Shown: in pieces, positions 26,665 to 35,609 of the stretch
Position numbering within the stretch: position 1 is the first letter of the stretch
Layout of the letters: each line of letters opens with the position of its first letter
Origin: a virus
Length of the DNA: 64,000 bases
Virus record (IMG/VR): IMGVR_UViG_3300030390_002309
Location: 32,001-96,000 of that record
Direction: 5' to 3' (one strand)
Program-made: the position numbers and the translations under genes
The notes under the pieces: model-generated
Database searches by the model: none
Seen by the model: only the letters and a program-made list of their open reading frames with translations
What the model was told of the DNA's origin: nothing

Positions 26665-26672
26665 ATAAATAT
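26665..26672 (-). promoter_or_regulatory. ATATTTAT putative late promoter for the tmRNA/tRNA-Glu precursor
   Basis: Same octamer precedes about 12 genes in intergenic gaps. Confidence 0.5.
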
Positions 26673-26673
26673 G

Positions 26674-27237
26674 CTACTTCAATCGTATATACTTCTTACC
26701 ACCTTTAAAATATATTGTACCAATTGGTATTTCATCTGTCAATGCCTTTCCTAACATATCATATGCTATATCATTATACCATCTAATACCATCTTCTTCA
26801 ATTACAAATCCAGGAATTCCTGTAGGAGTATTTCTCAACATTACAACCCATGTAAATAAATTGAAATCATATACTACCGAGTCACAGTAATTACACATCA
26901 TTATTGTTGAATCTAATTGATATATAAAAGCATCATAACATAATTTAACTGTATCTGATATTTGTATTAATGGAAATGAGTATGGATTATTTCCTTGACC
27001 TACATAACATGCAACATCATTACATGCAGTGAAGCTCCAATCTATTGCACCTACCATATTACCTATACCACCTGAACTTGGAGTTACAGTTAATGTTGTA
27101 TTTGGAAATATTGAATATGATAAAGAGTCACACCAATTATTAGTTTGTGCCTGTGACCTTGTTGACCATAATGTCAATACTGCTAGCCAAAATATAGCTA
27201 CTATAAAATAGCCTTTGTTCTTGTTAATTTTTTTCAT
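26674..27237 (-). CDS. Secreted protein with degenerate T9SS-type C-terminal tail
   Basis: Signal peptide (SQA-Q); YDMLGK...GTIYFKGGKKYI tail. Confidence 0.65.
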   Translation of the reverse strand: MKKINKNKGYFIVAIFWLAVLTLWSTRSQAQTNNWCDSLSYSIFPNTTLTVTPSSGGIGNMVGAIDWSFTACNDVACYVGQGNNPYSFPLIQISDTVKLCYDAFIYQLDSTIMMCNYCDSVVYDFNLFTWVVMLRNTPTGIPGFVIEEDGIRWYNDIAYDMLGKALTDEIPIGTIYFKGGKKYIRLK

Positions 27238-27245
27238 TTTTTCTT

Positions 27246-27593
27246 TTAAATAAATATTTCTGCCCCATTTTCATTATCTTCAAATACCGAGACATAGTTG
27301 CATTTGAACTCTTCTAATATTTCCTTCGCCAACATTTCACATGACTTGGCTCCGAACTCATGAGTTCTAGATTCAGAGTTAAAATATTCATGTTCTAGAT
27401 ATTGTATAATATCTCGTTTGAACATAATAAACTCTACATCTCTATCATCATGATGTACTTCTTTCTTAGCAGTTATAAACCATTTATGTCTATGCATGTT
27501 TGCTAAGAATCCTACTTCAGGAAATACAGCTTCAGCATCTGGCCAATTATGTAATCCTTCTATTTCTAATTTTGCTATAACGTTTGTTTTCAT
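27246..27593 (-). CDS. QueD/6-pyruvoyl-tetrahydropterin synthase-like T-fold protein (phage type)
   Basis: EGLHNWP, HRH, HDDRDVEFI and SCEMLA motifs. Confidence 0.6.
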   Translation of the reverse strand: MKTNVIAKLEIEGLHNWPDAEAVFPEVGFLANMHRHKWFITAKKEVHHDDRDVEFIMFKRDIIQYLEHEYFNSESRTHEFGAKSCEMLAKEILEEFKCNYVSVFEDNENGAEIFI

Positions 27594-27597
27594 ATAC

Positions 27598-27629
27598 TTA
27601 ATATAATAAATTTATTTCAACTATCCAAA
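27598..27629 (-). promoter_or_regulatory. sigmaA-type promoter (TTTG-N20-TATATTAA)
   Basis: Repeat family member. Confidence 0.6.
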
Positions 27630-28171
27630 TAATCTTGAACTTTATTCCAATAATATGTTGTTGCATTTTTATTCATGCCTCGAGGGCCGCCATTCCAACA
27701 TCTTGCAATCTCTTCATCTGACGTTAAATTATAATGGTTACAATAAATTTCAAACATCTGTATTGATTTATATCTCATCCATCGATCATGATATACAAAT
27801 CTTGCCATCTTACCCTTTCGTTTTAATATCCTATTGACATCATCAACCATTGTCTTTCTTATCTGTAAACACCCTACTGCATCTTCACCTCTTGCATGTG
27901 CAGAATCATTACCCAAACTCTCTACCATTATAAGAGCTGATAATAAATTGGTGGCATTGTATTGTATATCTATAGTATGTTCCCATATCTCTCGATCCCA
28001 TATTAATGTATCAATTTCTAATAGTAAACTATCAATCTTATAATTTAAACTATCTGTTCGTATTTCTAAACTTTCAATTTGTTTTTCATAGTGAACTAAA
28101 GATGATATTGTCCATACTGAACCTAAGAATATTAAGGCAATGTATAAAAATACTTGTACTGAATTTTTCAT
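27617..28171 (-). CDS. Membrane-anchored lysozyme-like/lytic transglycosylase protein
   Basis: N-terminal TM, coiled coil, ALIMVES...AVGCLQI...ARCWNGGP; start re-picked at MKNSVQ. Confidence 0.75.
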   Translation of the reverse strand: MKNSVQVFLYIALIFLGSVWTISSLVHYEKQIESLEIRTDSLNYKIDSLLLEIDTLIWDREIWEHTIDIQYNATNLLSALIMVESLGNDSAHARGEDAVGCLQIRKTMVDDVNRILKRKGKMARFVYHDRWMRYKSIQMFEIYCNHYNLTSDEEIARCWNGGPRGMNKNATTYYWNKVQDYLDS

Positions 28172-28172
28172 A

Positions 28173-28463
28173 TTATTTACGTTTTGTTTTATATTGTCTG
28201 ATTTGTACTTCAAATCCTAATTTTTGAAAGTTTGCATATAAAATATATATCTCCGGAGCAAATCCTGAATATATTTGACATTCACCTTTACCGTCAGTTA
28301 GTAATACTATCTGATGAGCCCGTAGTGAATTACACATAGGTAGAAGTGACTTCAATGCTTCTGTAGCATATTTGAATGAATTTACCTCATCATTGATAAG
28401 ATATAACTCCATACGTTTTCTTCTACGCCTTGGTATATTCCCAAATAACTCTGATATCTCCAT
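28173..28463 (-). CDS. clpS: ClpS-like Clp protease adaptor
   Basis: LYLINDEVNSF...A...L...C...AHQIVL...GKGECQIYSG. Confidence 0.75.
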   Translation of the reverse strand: MEISELFGNIPRRRRKRMELYLINDEVNSFKYATEALKSLLPMCNSLRAHQIVLLTDGKGECQIYSGFAPEIYILYANFQKLGFEVQIRQYKTKRK

Positions 28464-28495
28464 AGGTGGTGGTTGTTGTCCAATATGTCATAACT

Positions 28496-28708
28496 TTATT
28501 CTTGATGTTCTATTTTGTTAATTCCATAAGCTTGATACTTATGAATAAATTCTTTTGTAACCTCTGTTCTATGACCAATGCCATATGCTACTTTAGCTTC
28601 TATATTATCGCCATTGTCATCTTGAACATATACTAAATATATATCTTGATGATCAGTTTGGCTCAACTCCGCTACATCTGTCTTCTTGCTTACTATTTTC
28701 CAGTTCAT
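28496..28708 (-). CDS. Hypothetical protein (start uncertain)
   Basis: ORF; start re-picked at MNWKIV. Confidence 0.5.
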   Translation of the reverse strand: MNWKIVSKKTDVAELSQTDHQDIYLVYVQDDNGDNIEAKVAYGIGHRTEVTKEFIHKYQAYGINKIEHQE

Positions 28709-28895
28709 CGACGATCCTTTGTAAAATTGCACATTTTTCATATTCTTCTTTTTCAATAAAATATTTAATCATGGAGTTTATGAATTTCATCTTTTTACCT
28801 GTATCAAAACTTGGTGGCCATACATTGATCTTAGATATAACATCGTATACCTCTTCAATTGTAAGATCTAGATAATTCTCCACTAGTAACTCCAT
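28653..28895 (-). CDS. UVR (UvrB/C)-motif protein
   Basis: YFIEKEEYEKCAILQR. Confidence 0.7.
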   Translation of the reverse strand: MELLVENYLDLTIEEVYDVISKINVWPPSFDTGKKMKFINSMIKYFIEKEEYEKCAILQRIVDELENSKQEDRCSGVEPN

Positions 28896-28912
28896 ATTCT
28901 TTTTATTTAATA

Positions 28913-28944
28913 TAAATATAAGAAAAATTTAGCGTACTAACAAA
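28913..28944 (-). promoter_or_regulatory. sigmaA-type promoter (TTTG-N20-TATATTTA)
   Basis: Repeat family member. Confidence 0.6.
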
Positions 28945-28957
28945 TATTTGAGATGCT

Positions 28958-29095
28958 TTATTTGCCTTGCCCTCTATACTTTTTCTTGTAGTTTTTTGAC
29001 TTCTTTGAATTCGAAGTATTATTTTTTGAATGGATGCCTGGACGTTTCCTTTTTTTAGCATCTGTATGTGAAAATGTATTTACTCCTCTAGCCAT
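28958..29095 (-). CDS. Small basic protein (45 aa) ending KKKYRGQGK, not in ORF track
   Basis: Translated by hand; TAATG coupling; YRGQG tail recalled from T4-like phages. Confidence 0.75.
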   Translation of the reverse strand: MARGVNTFSHTDAKKRKRPGIHSKNNTSNSKKSKNYKKKYRGQGK

Positions 29096-29415
29096 TATGA
29101 AACATCCATATTATCATTATGACTTGCGTCAATACCCTTGTCTTGTAATTTTTTAACTATCATGTCAAGTTTATCGTCATCTCCAGAATTATATCTCATT
29201 GGTAAACCATTTGGCCAAATGTTTATGCCCAATTCCTTCATTAACTCTTCTGTCTCTTTTATACTTAGTTTTGAATCGTGGCTTTTTTTAGCATCTGAAT
29301 ATACATATGTGCCATAAAATCTACCACCTTGTTCTGTATATACTATAGTTATTTTTTCTGGTAATGGTGCCATTCTTATTGGAATCTCAGATAATATGTC
29401 TTTCAATTTCATCAT
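29095..29415 (-). CDS. Putative head-cargo protein (MKLKDILSE)
   Basis: Shared N-terminal motif. Confidence 0.65.
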   Translation of the reverse strand: MMKLKDILSEIPIRMAPLPEKITIVYTEQGGRFYGTYVYSDAKKSHDSKLSIKETEELMKELGINIWPNGLPMRYNSGDDDKLDMIVKKLQDKGIDASHNDNMDVS

Positions 29416-29639
29416 TTCTTATTTCCTGCAAATTTTTCTAATCCTGCAATTCCAAAACAACCTAATACGATAAGTGTGAATGAGTCATATATTGTTTCAT
29501 TGATTACTAAGTCCTTTCCCAAATAACCTGTAAACAAGTCTAACAAGGCAAATAATACCATTACTAGGAACGCAATAAATCCTACCACATTCTTTTCATT
29601 CCACTCATTATCATTTTTAAATATATTAAACATACCCAT
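29412..29639 (-). CDS. Small two-TM protein, holin-like
   Basis: Two TMs, LGCFGIAGLEKF, basic C-terminus. Confidence 0.65.
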   Translation of the reverse strand: MGMFNIFKNDNEWNEKNVVGFIAFLVMVLFALLDLFTGYLGKDLVINETIYDSFTLIVLGCFGIAGLEKFAGNKK

Positions 29640-29641
29640 AT

Positions 29642-29947
29642 CTATCCTCTAGATTCGCCTTCTGCGAAATTCATTAATAGTTTTAATGTATCTGCTAATT
29701 CTTTACCCATATCAGGTCCACTTGCTGCAACTGCTGCGCCAATGTATTGTCTCATATCATCTAGCATTGTTTCTGTACTATCCCATTTCTGGTCGATGTT
29801 AGATTTAAGTCTCATTGTTGAATAATCAACTTCATTAACTTGTTTAGCTTGATGTGCTGCAGTTACGCTACTTAATGTAGGTAACTTATCTCCGAACTTT
29901 CTATTTTCAAATCCCGGTGTACTTTCTAATAATTTTTTTAATTTCAT
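29642..29947 (-). CDS. Putative head-cargo protein (MKLKKLLES)
   Basis: Shared N-terminal motif; internal VNE. Confidence 0.65.
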   Translation of the reverse strand: MKLKKLLESTPGFENRKFGDKLPTLSSVTAAHQAKQVNEVDYSTMRLKSNIDQKWDSTETMLDDMRQYIGAAVAASGPDMGKELADTLKLLMNFAEGESRG

Positions 29948-29951
29948 AATA

Positions 29952-30368
29952 TTACCTCTGTATATCTTTTAATGTTTTAGCTGCTGATTTAATATGAGAT
30001 TCTAAGAACTCTTGAGCTTTTTCTAATTCCATTCTCATTTTTTGTACATCATCTCTTTTGACTGCATCTTGGATCCAATCAATTGCATTACCTAAATCTC
30101 GTGCTTCCGTATGGTAATTAACATCTGTATATGATTCATATAAATCATTAAGAATTTGTATAAACTCTGGACTTGAAAATTTTGATAAATCTTCCGGTAT
30201 TTTCATTTCAGCACTAAATCTTAACATGCCAACGTAGTCAAACTCGTTACTGTACATATCACCAGGTGTAAAGGCCTCTCTAATACTTGTCTTCTTTTGA
30301 TGGCTAGTAACTTCATTTACTTTACTGTATTTGAAGTCTTTTATCCATTTGTGTGCGTTAAATTTCAT
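29952..30368 (-). CDS. Hypothetical late protein
   Basis: ATATTTAT and GAGG upstream; VNE/IRE sites. Confidence 0.65.
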   Translation of the reverse strand: MKFNAHKWIKDFKYSKVNEVTSHQKKTSIREAFTPGDMYSNEFDYVGMLRFSAEMKIPEDLSKFSSPEFIQILNDLYESYTDVNYHTEARDLGNAIDWIQDAVKRDDVQKMRMELEKAQEFLESHIKSAAKTLKDIQR

Positions 30369-30393
30369 TGTTCTTTCCTCTTTTATATAAATA

Positions 30394-30759
30394 TTAGAAG
30401 CTATCCATTAATACTTCATCTATGGCACCCTGAACATCTTTTTTTGTTGCTGCCATATGAAAACTAATATCTGCTTGGAATCTTTTTACTTCTTCTCCGT
30501 TATTAAAAATAATAATTGTAGGTACAACTACTATTTTCCACTTTTGTTGTAGTTCTTTATCTACAGCTATATCAGCAGTTAATTTTGCTGCATCGCCTAA
30601 TTTTGAAAACCATTCTACATCATTTGCAGAATTCCATCCAGCATTAAAATGAACTACTGTTAGGTCATTGGTTATCTTTATAGTCTGTGCTGTTATACCA
30701 CTGCTACATAGTAATACTAATAAGTATCCACCAAATAATTTCCATATTGTATTCTTCAT
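30394..30759 (-). CDS. Secreted thioredoxin-fold protein lacking CxxC
   Basis: Signal peptide; VVHFNAGWN at the CxxC position; VVPTIIIFNNGEEVKRF. Confidence 0.75.
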   Translation of the reverse strand: MKNTIWKLFGGYLLVLLCSSGITAQTIKITNDLTVVHFNAGWNSANDVEWFSKLGDAAKLTADIAVDKELQQKWKIVVVPTIIIFNNGEEVKRFQADISFHMAATKKDVQGAIDEVLMDSF

Positions 30760-30771
30760 AACTTGCTCTCC

Positions 30772-31056
30772 TTATCTAAGTCTATCAATTTTTTCTTCTA
30801 ATCGTTTAATATCTTCTTTGATCTCAGCAACATCATCTGCCGTTGTCTGAATTGTTTGTCTAATCAATTGATCTTTCATATCATATTCCATACGTGATAT
30901 TTCTGGACTAGGTGGTACTGGTAATTCTTTTGCTTCTTGTATATCTGCTTGAAGCGCAAACCACATACCTACCACAGTTGCTATAGCTACTGCAATTCCT
31001 GCTAATGTTTTTATACTTACATTTAAACTCGTATCCTCATTTAATTCTTTTGCCAT
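30772..31056 (-). CDS. Single-TM protein with C-terminal coiled coil
   Basis: TM followed by heptads. Confidence 0.7.
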   Translation of the reverse strand: MAKELNEDTSLNVSIKTLAGIAVAIATVVGMWFALQADIQEAKELPVPPSPEISRMEYDMKDQLIRQTIQTTADDVAEIKEDIKRLEEKIDRLR

Positions 31057-31072
31057 TGTCTCTTCCCTGTTA

Positions 31073-32134
31073 CTAAAATATTATATAGTTAACGCCTACA
31101 CTAAAATCGTGCCAATTACGATTCCAGTACTTATTATATTTCCCTTCTAAAAATATACCTAAACTTTTATTAAACTTATGTCCAAATATTAAACCACCAC
31201 TATAATCAAACCACTGACCGCCATTGTATTTATGGTATGAGAACTGGCTATTGTCATTATAATGAAATGGTAATAAATTACCCCATGAATGTAACCAAAA
31301 TGTTTTTGTATAATGATAAAAGTCAAATCCAATTACTAATGAATGTTGCAAAGTATTATCTTGACCATCTCTTTTTCTTTCCGTGTAATCTGCTAACATT
31401 TTAGGTATGACTACACCTTCCCAAATTTCCGAACTTGTTGCAACTGAATTACCTGATGGGTCTAAATATTCAACTCCACCCTGTCCATCAAATTCTACAC
31501 TATATCCTTCTTGTATAGCTAAGAATGTATAATGTAAGTTGCCATTATCTAATAACCATTCTTCTAATGGATTATATCCATATGGTTCTGATAATCTCTG
31601 TGCTGCTCCTATATTAAAAGATAACTTACTGCCTACATTATATCTATATCTCTCTGATGCCTCAAAGTATCTAATATCAGCAAACCCATCTTCTAAATAT
31701 TCTACCTTTGCAATCCAATCATCAGCAACATATCTTAAAAAATGATGTTGATTTAAAAAAGATTGTCCTTGTTGTCGTTTCCAATCAACTTCAAATAGAA
31801 ATTCAAATCCTTTAACCTTTCCAATAGTTGCTGCATCTGAATATGAATTTTCTGTACCATCATAAAATACATCTGCTCTATTTTCATATCCTAGTCTAGC
31901 TATCTTCCTTAAACCTAATGTCATTGAATAATCAAATGGAGTTTCAATTGTTGTTGTAGTTAATCCATTTGTAACACTATATACATCTAAATCTGATACT
32001 GAATTACCTCCATTTATTGCTCCATAAAATGTTGCAAATTTGAATGTCTTTTTAAGATCAATCTGACCACAGCATTTCTTTGGAGCTGCACATCCAACTA
32101 AAACAACTAATAATAAAACTAATATTTTTTTCAT
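31073..32134 (-). CDS. Putative outer-membrane beta-barrel protein
   Basis: Signal peptide, aromatic-rich alternating strands, C-terminal FSVGVNYIIF. Confidence 0.7.
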   Translation of the reverse strand: MKKILVLLLVVLVGCAAPKKCCGQIDLKKTFKFATFYGAINGGNSVSDLDVYSVTNGLTTTTIETPFDYSMTLGLRKIARLGYENRADVFYDGTENSYSDAATIGKVKGFEFLFEVDWKRQQGQSFLNQHHFLRYVADDWIAKVEYLEDGFADIRYFEASERYRYNVGSKLSFNIGAAQRLSEPYGYNPLEEWLLDNGNLHYTFLAIQEGYSVEFDGQGGVEYLDPSGNSVATSSEIWEGVVIPKMLADYTERKRDGQDNTLQHSLVIGFDFYHYTKTFWLHSWGNLLPFHYNDNSQFSYHKYNGGQWFDYSGGLIFGHKFNKSLGIFLEGKYNKYWNRNWHDFSVGVNYIIF

Positions 32135-32153
32135 CTTACTCTTTCCCTTTTAC

Positions 32154-35100
32154 TTATTGTTTAACAACCCTTTTACTGTATCTAACATCCTTATAAAGTA
32201 TAGACATATTATATATACCATTCGGTAACTTAGATAAATCTAACCTTGTTGGATTAGACTCATTAATTATTAACTTACCAGTCATATCATATAATTCAAG
32301 ATCTATTTCTAATCTAGTATCTATATTTAATACATTTTCTGTTGGATTAGGATATACATGAATTCCTAATGCTGATATATTATCAATACCTACTGGCCAC
32401 CCATCTTGACAATAGTTATACATTGACTGACAATTTGCATCCCAATCACTAGTACAACAATAATTGTCTATATCTATCACCCAAGCATAACACCCGTCAT
32501 TCAACCAATAAGGTATCCCTGGTCCTCCATAACATCCGGCATCATATAAACATGCAGATGAATCAGAAACATTGGCGGCTGGATTGTAATTATATGCACT
32601 TACATCTGTACATCCTGGGACTGCAGTAATACAACTACCATCATCAAAACATGCATTAGGATTATAATTAACCGATGTTGGATCTGTACAACCTCCTATA
32701 TAACAACAACTATTATCTAATGTATTTGCCAATGGGTCAAAGTTCAATGCAGTATTATCTGTACACCCGTAAACAAATGGAATACAAGAACCATTGTCGG
32801 TATTGGCTAATGGGTCATAATTAAATGACGTTGAATCTGTACAACCAAATACTACAGAAATACAAGAACCATTATCTGTATTGGCTAATGGATTATAATT
32901 AAATGCTGTTGCATCCATACATCCATAAACAAATGGTACACAACTTCCATCATCTGTATTTGCTGCATTATTATAATTAAATGCTGTTACATCCATACAT
33001 CCATAAACAAATGGTACGCAACTTCCATCATCCAAGTTTGCAGTTGAGTCATAATTAAATGATAATGCATCTGTACAACCTAATACAATTGCAATACAAG
33101 ATCCATCATCTGTATTTGCAAGTGGATTGTAATTTAAAGAAGTTGAATCAGTACACCCTAATAATTGTGATATACATGAACCATCATTTGAATTTGCTAA
33201 AGGATTATAATTGATTGCTAATATATCTGTACAACCATATATGAAAGGAATACAACTTCCGTTATCTGTATTTGCAAGTGGATTGTAATTAAATGATGTT
33301 GAATCAGTACACCCATATACAACAGGAATACAACTTCCGTTATCCGTATTTGCTAAAGGATTGTAATTAAATGATAATGCATCAGTACAACCATTAATGA
33401 TTGGTATACAAGAATTGTTATCTGTATTTGCGTTAGAATCATAATTAAATGCTGTTGCATCCATACATCCATATATGATAGGGACACATGAGCCATCATC
33501 TACATTAGCACTTAAGTTATAATTAAATGCTGTTGGATCTGTACATCCATATATTGGATATACACACCCATTATTAACTGTTGCTGATGGGTCATAGTTT
33601 AATGCTAATGTATCCGTACAACCTATATAATAACAAGAGCCATCATCTGTATTTGCTAAACTATTATAGTTATCAGCTGTAGAATCAGTACATCCATTAA
33701 TAATAGGAATACAACTTCCATCATCTAGATTAGCAGTTGAATCATAATTAAATGCCAAATCATTTGTACATCCAAATATAAAAGGTATACAACTTCCGTC
33801 ATCAACATTAGCTAATGAATCATAATTAAATGATAATTGATCCATACATCCTAATACTGTTGGTATACAATAATCTCCACAAAAAGGTATTCCTGTATAT
33901 TTTACCCAAAATGGAGCAGCAAAAGATTGAAGAGCTCCTTGACCATTATTAGCAAAAGGATTTTGACCTTCATGCATTAATACAACACCATCTGCATTTG
34001 TTAGTTTAAATGAATTATGCCAAGTTTGAAATTGTACTTCTTCTGGTGGCTGTTGTGGTCCACCTACTTCAAAATAATATATTTCAACAGGCACTCCTGC
34101 ATCTAATATTAAAGGAAATGTATCTTGATAACTTCCTGGCCCCATTGTGAATGTACCAAAGTTAATTCCATTTTGATAAACACCTATATAAGAATTACCC
34201 CATCCATCTCCACCTGCATCTCCAATCCATAATTGATACTGGCAATCAGGAACAAGATCATTAATTGTTGCTGTTGGATCATAATTAAAAGCTGTTGAAT
34301 CTGTACATCCGTAGATATGAAGATTAGTACAAGTTGAATCATCTATTGTAGCTAATGGATTGTACTCTTGATAATCATCATCCATACAACCAAATACATC
34401 AGCATAAGTATTACAAGGAACTCCAAATTGTTGTCCTGAATATAAAGTATACCCAAATCCTGGATTGTCCATATACCATATTGTATCTCCATTACAATCA
34501 TATATTACTACCATACCATCCATGGATCCACCTGAAGTAGAACCTGCCATACCATCACCATAATCATCACTTAGTATGAATTCGAATCCTATAGTTTGAT
34601 CTATACAAAAAGTGTATGTATATGTTTGACCTACATCATTAAAGTTATATGTTCCAACAACAGCAGAATCAATTACACCTCCACTATTCATTATCCATGA
34701 TGTTTCATTTGGCCAATTGTCAAATGTTATCTCCATTGTTATTTGATATTCTGTGTAATCACATGTTGTTCCGGAACATGACCCATCATCTATTGTTGCC
34801 CATGGATTATAAGTTGGCTGAGATGGATCTGTACATCCTTCTATACATGATGTCGGTGTATATGTTATTGTATCAGAAAAACTACCATCTGCAAATTCTA
34901 CTACACCATAATGTTCTACGCTCCAATTAGGTGGCATTTGACCATTACCTGCATATACTGCAAAGTCGGTTGCATTAGGTCCAAGCCCATATTGAAATGG
35001 TCCTACTCCATTTGCATTAGAATACCAAAATCTAACTATATCACAACTTATGTTTGTTGTATCTACCTCCCAATTAAATGATACTAATGTTTGTCCACCA

Positions 35101-35609
35101 GGTAAGCATTGTTGTGATGCTCCAGATGTTAAAAATCCACCGCAGGGTGGAAAGATACATGAACCATCATCTACTAAAGCAGTTGAATCATAGTTAAGAG
35201 CGAAAGGATTTGTACAACCAAATGATGGAGGTGCACAAGGAAGTATTGTTACTGTAGTATCTCTTAAGAAAAATGAACCTAAAACCGGATCCCAATTAAT
35301 TATAAGACCTTGACAAATGTTTTTCATCTTAAATGAAGCAGGTTGCTGAGATATCCATCCATCTCCAAAATTGTCTGTTAAAGATATTGTATAGTCTCCA
35401 GACATTAAATTAATAATTGTATCTAGATATTCATATGGTTGAGTTGGTTGATAATAAAATGTAGAGTCTAGTGTACTATCACTAACCATAAAGAAATTAG
35501 ATTCAGTTGGAGCATAGAAGTCAAATTGAACTTGAAACCTAACCCATGAATCGTTTTGTCCAAATAATAATATTGGAATTAATGCTATTAATACTATTAA
35601 CTTTTTCAT
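32154..35609 (-). CDS. Large secreted Cys-repeat protein with T9SS type A C-terminal sorting domain
   Basis: Signal peptide; about 21 GCTD..A.NY...A..DDGSC repeats; VYPNPT...LYDMTGK...LPNGIY...KRVVK. Confidence 0.88.
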   Translation of the reverse strand: MKKLIVLIALIPILLFGQNDSWVRFQVQFDFYAPTESNFFMVSDSTLDSTFYYQPTQPYEYLDTIINLMSGDYTISLTDNFGDGWISQQPASFKMKNICQGLIINWDPVLGSFFLRDTTVTILPCAPPSFGCTNPFALNYDSTALVDDGSCIFPPCGGFLTSGASQQCLPGGQTLVSFNWEVDTTNISCDIVRFWYSNANGVGPFQYGLGPNATDFAVYAGNGQMPPNWSVEHYGVVEFADGSFSDTITYTPTSCIEGCTDPSQPTYNPWATIDDGSCSGTTCDYTEYQITMEITFDNWPNETSWIMNSGGVIDSAVVGTYNFNDVGQTYTYTFCIDQTIGFEFILSDDYGDGMAGSTSGGSMDGMVVIYDCNGDTIWYMDNPGFGYTLYSGQQFGVPCNTYADVFGCMDDDYQEYNPLATIDDSTCTNLHIYGCTDSTAFNYDPTATINDLVPDCQYQLWIGDAGGDGWGNSYIGVYQNGINFGTFTMGPGSYQDTFPLILDAGVPVEIYYFEVGGPQQPPEEVQFQTWHNSFKLTNADGVVLMHEGQNPFANNGQGALQSFAAPFWVKYTGIPFCGDYCIPTVLGCMDQLSFNYDSLANVDDGSCIPFIFGCTNDLAFNYDSTANLDDGSCIPIINGCTDSTADNYNSLANTDDGSCYYIGCTDTLALNYDPSATVNNGCVYPIYGCTDPTAFNYNLSANVDDGSCVPIIYGCMDATAFNYDSNANTDNNSCIPIINGCTDALSFNYNPLANTDNGSCIPVVYGCTDSTSFNYNPLANTDNGSCIPFIYGCTDILAINYNPLANSNDGSCISQLLGCTDSTSLNYNPLANTDDGSCIAIVLGCTDALSFNYDSTANLDDGSCVPFVYGCMDVTAFNYNNAANTDDGSCVPFVYGCMDATAFNYNPLANTDNGSCISVVFGCTDSTSFNYDPLANTDNGSCIPFVYGCTDNTALNFDPLANTLDNSCCYIGGCTDPTSVNYNPNACFDDGSCITAVPGCTDVSAYNYNPAANVSDSSACLYDAGCYGGPGIPYWLNDGCYAWVIDIDNYCCTSDWDANCQSMYNYCQDGWPVGIDNISALGIHVYPNPTENVLNIDTRLEIDLELYDMTGKLIINESNPTRLDLSKLPNGIYNMSILYKDVRYSKRVVKQ
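32550..33851 (-). repeat. 17 tandem ~78-bp coding repeats (GCxD...NY...A..D.GSC)
   Basis: Counted in the translation. Confidence 0.85.

Noticed and set aside
32550-33851. ~78-bp periodic repeats as a CRISPR array or DGR template/variable repeats
   Set aside because: They are in-frame degenerate protein repeats varying mostly at synonymous positions; there are no constant repeat/unique spacer units and no cas or RT gene.
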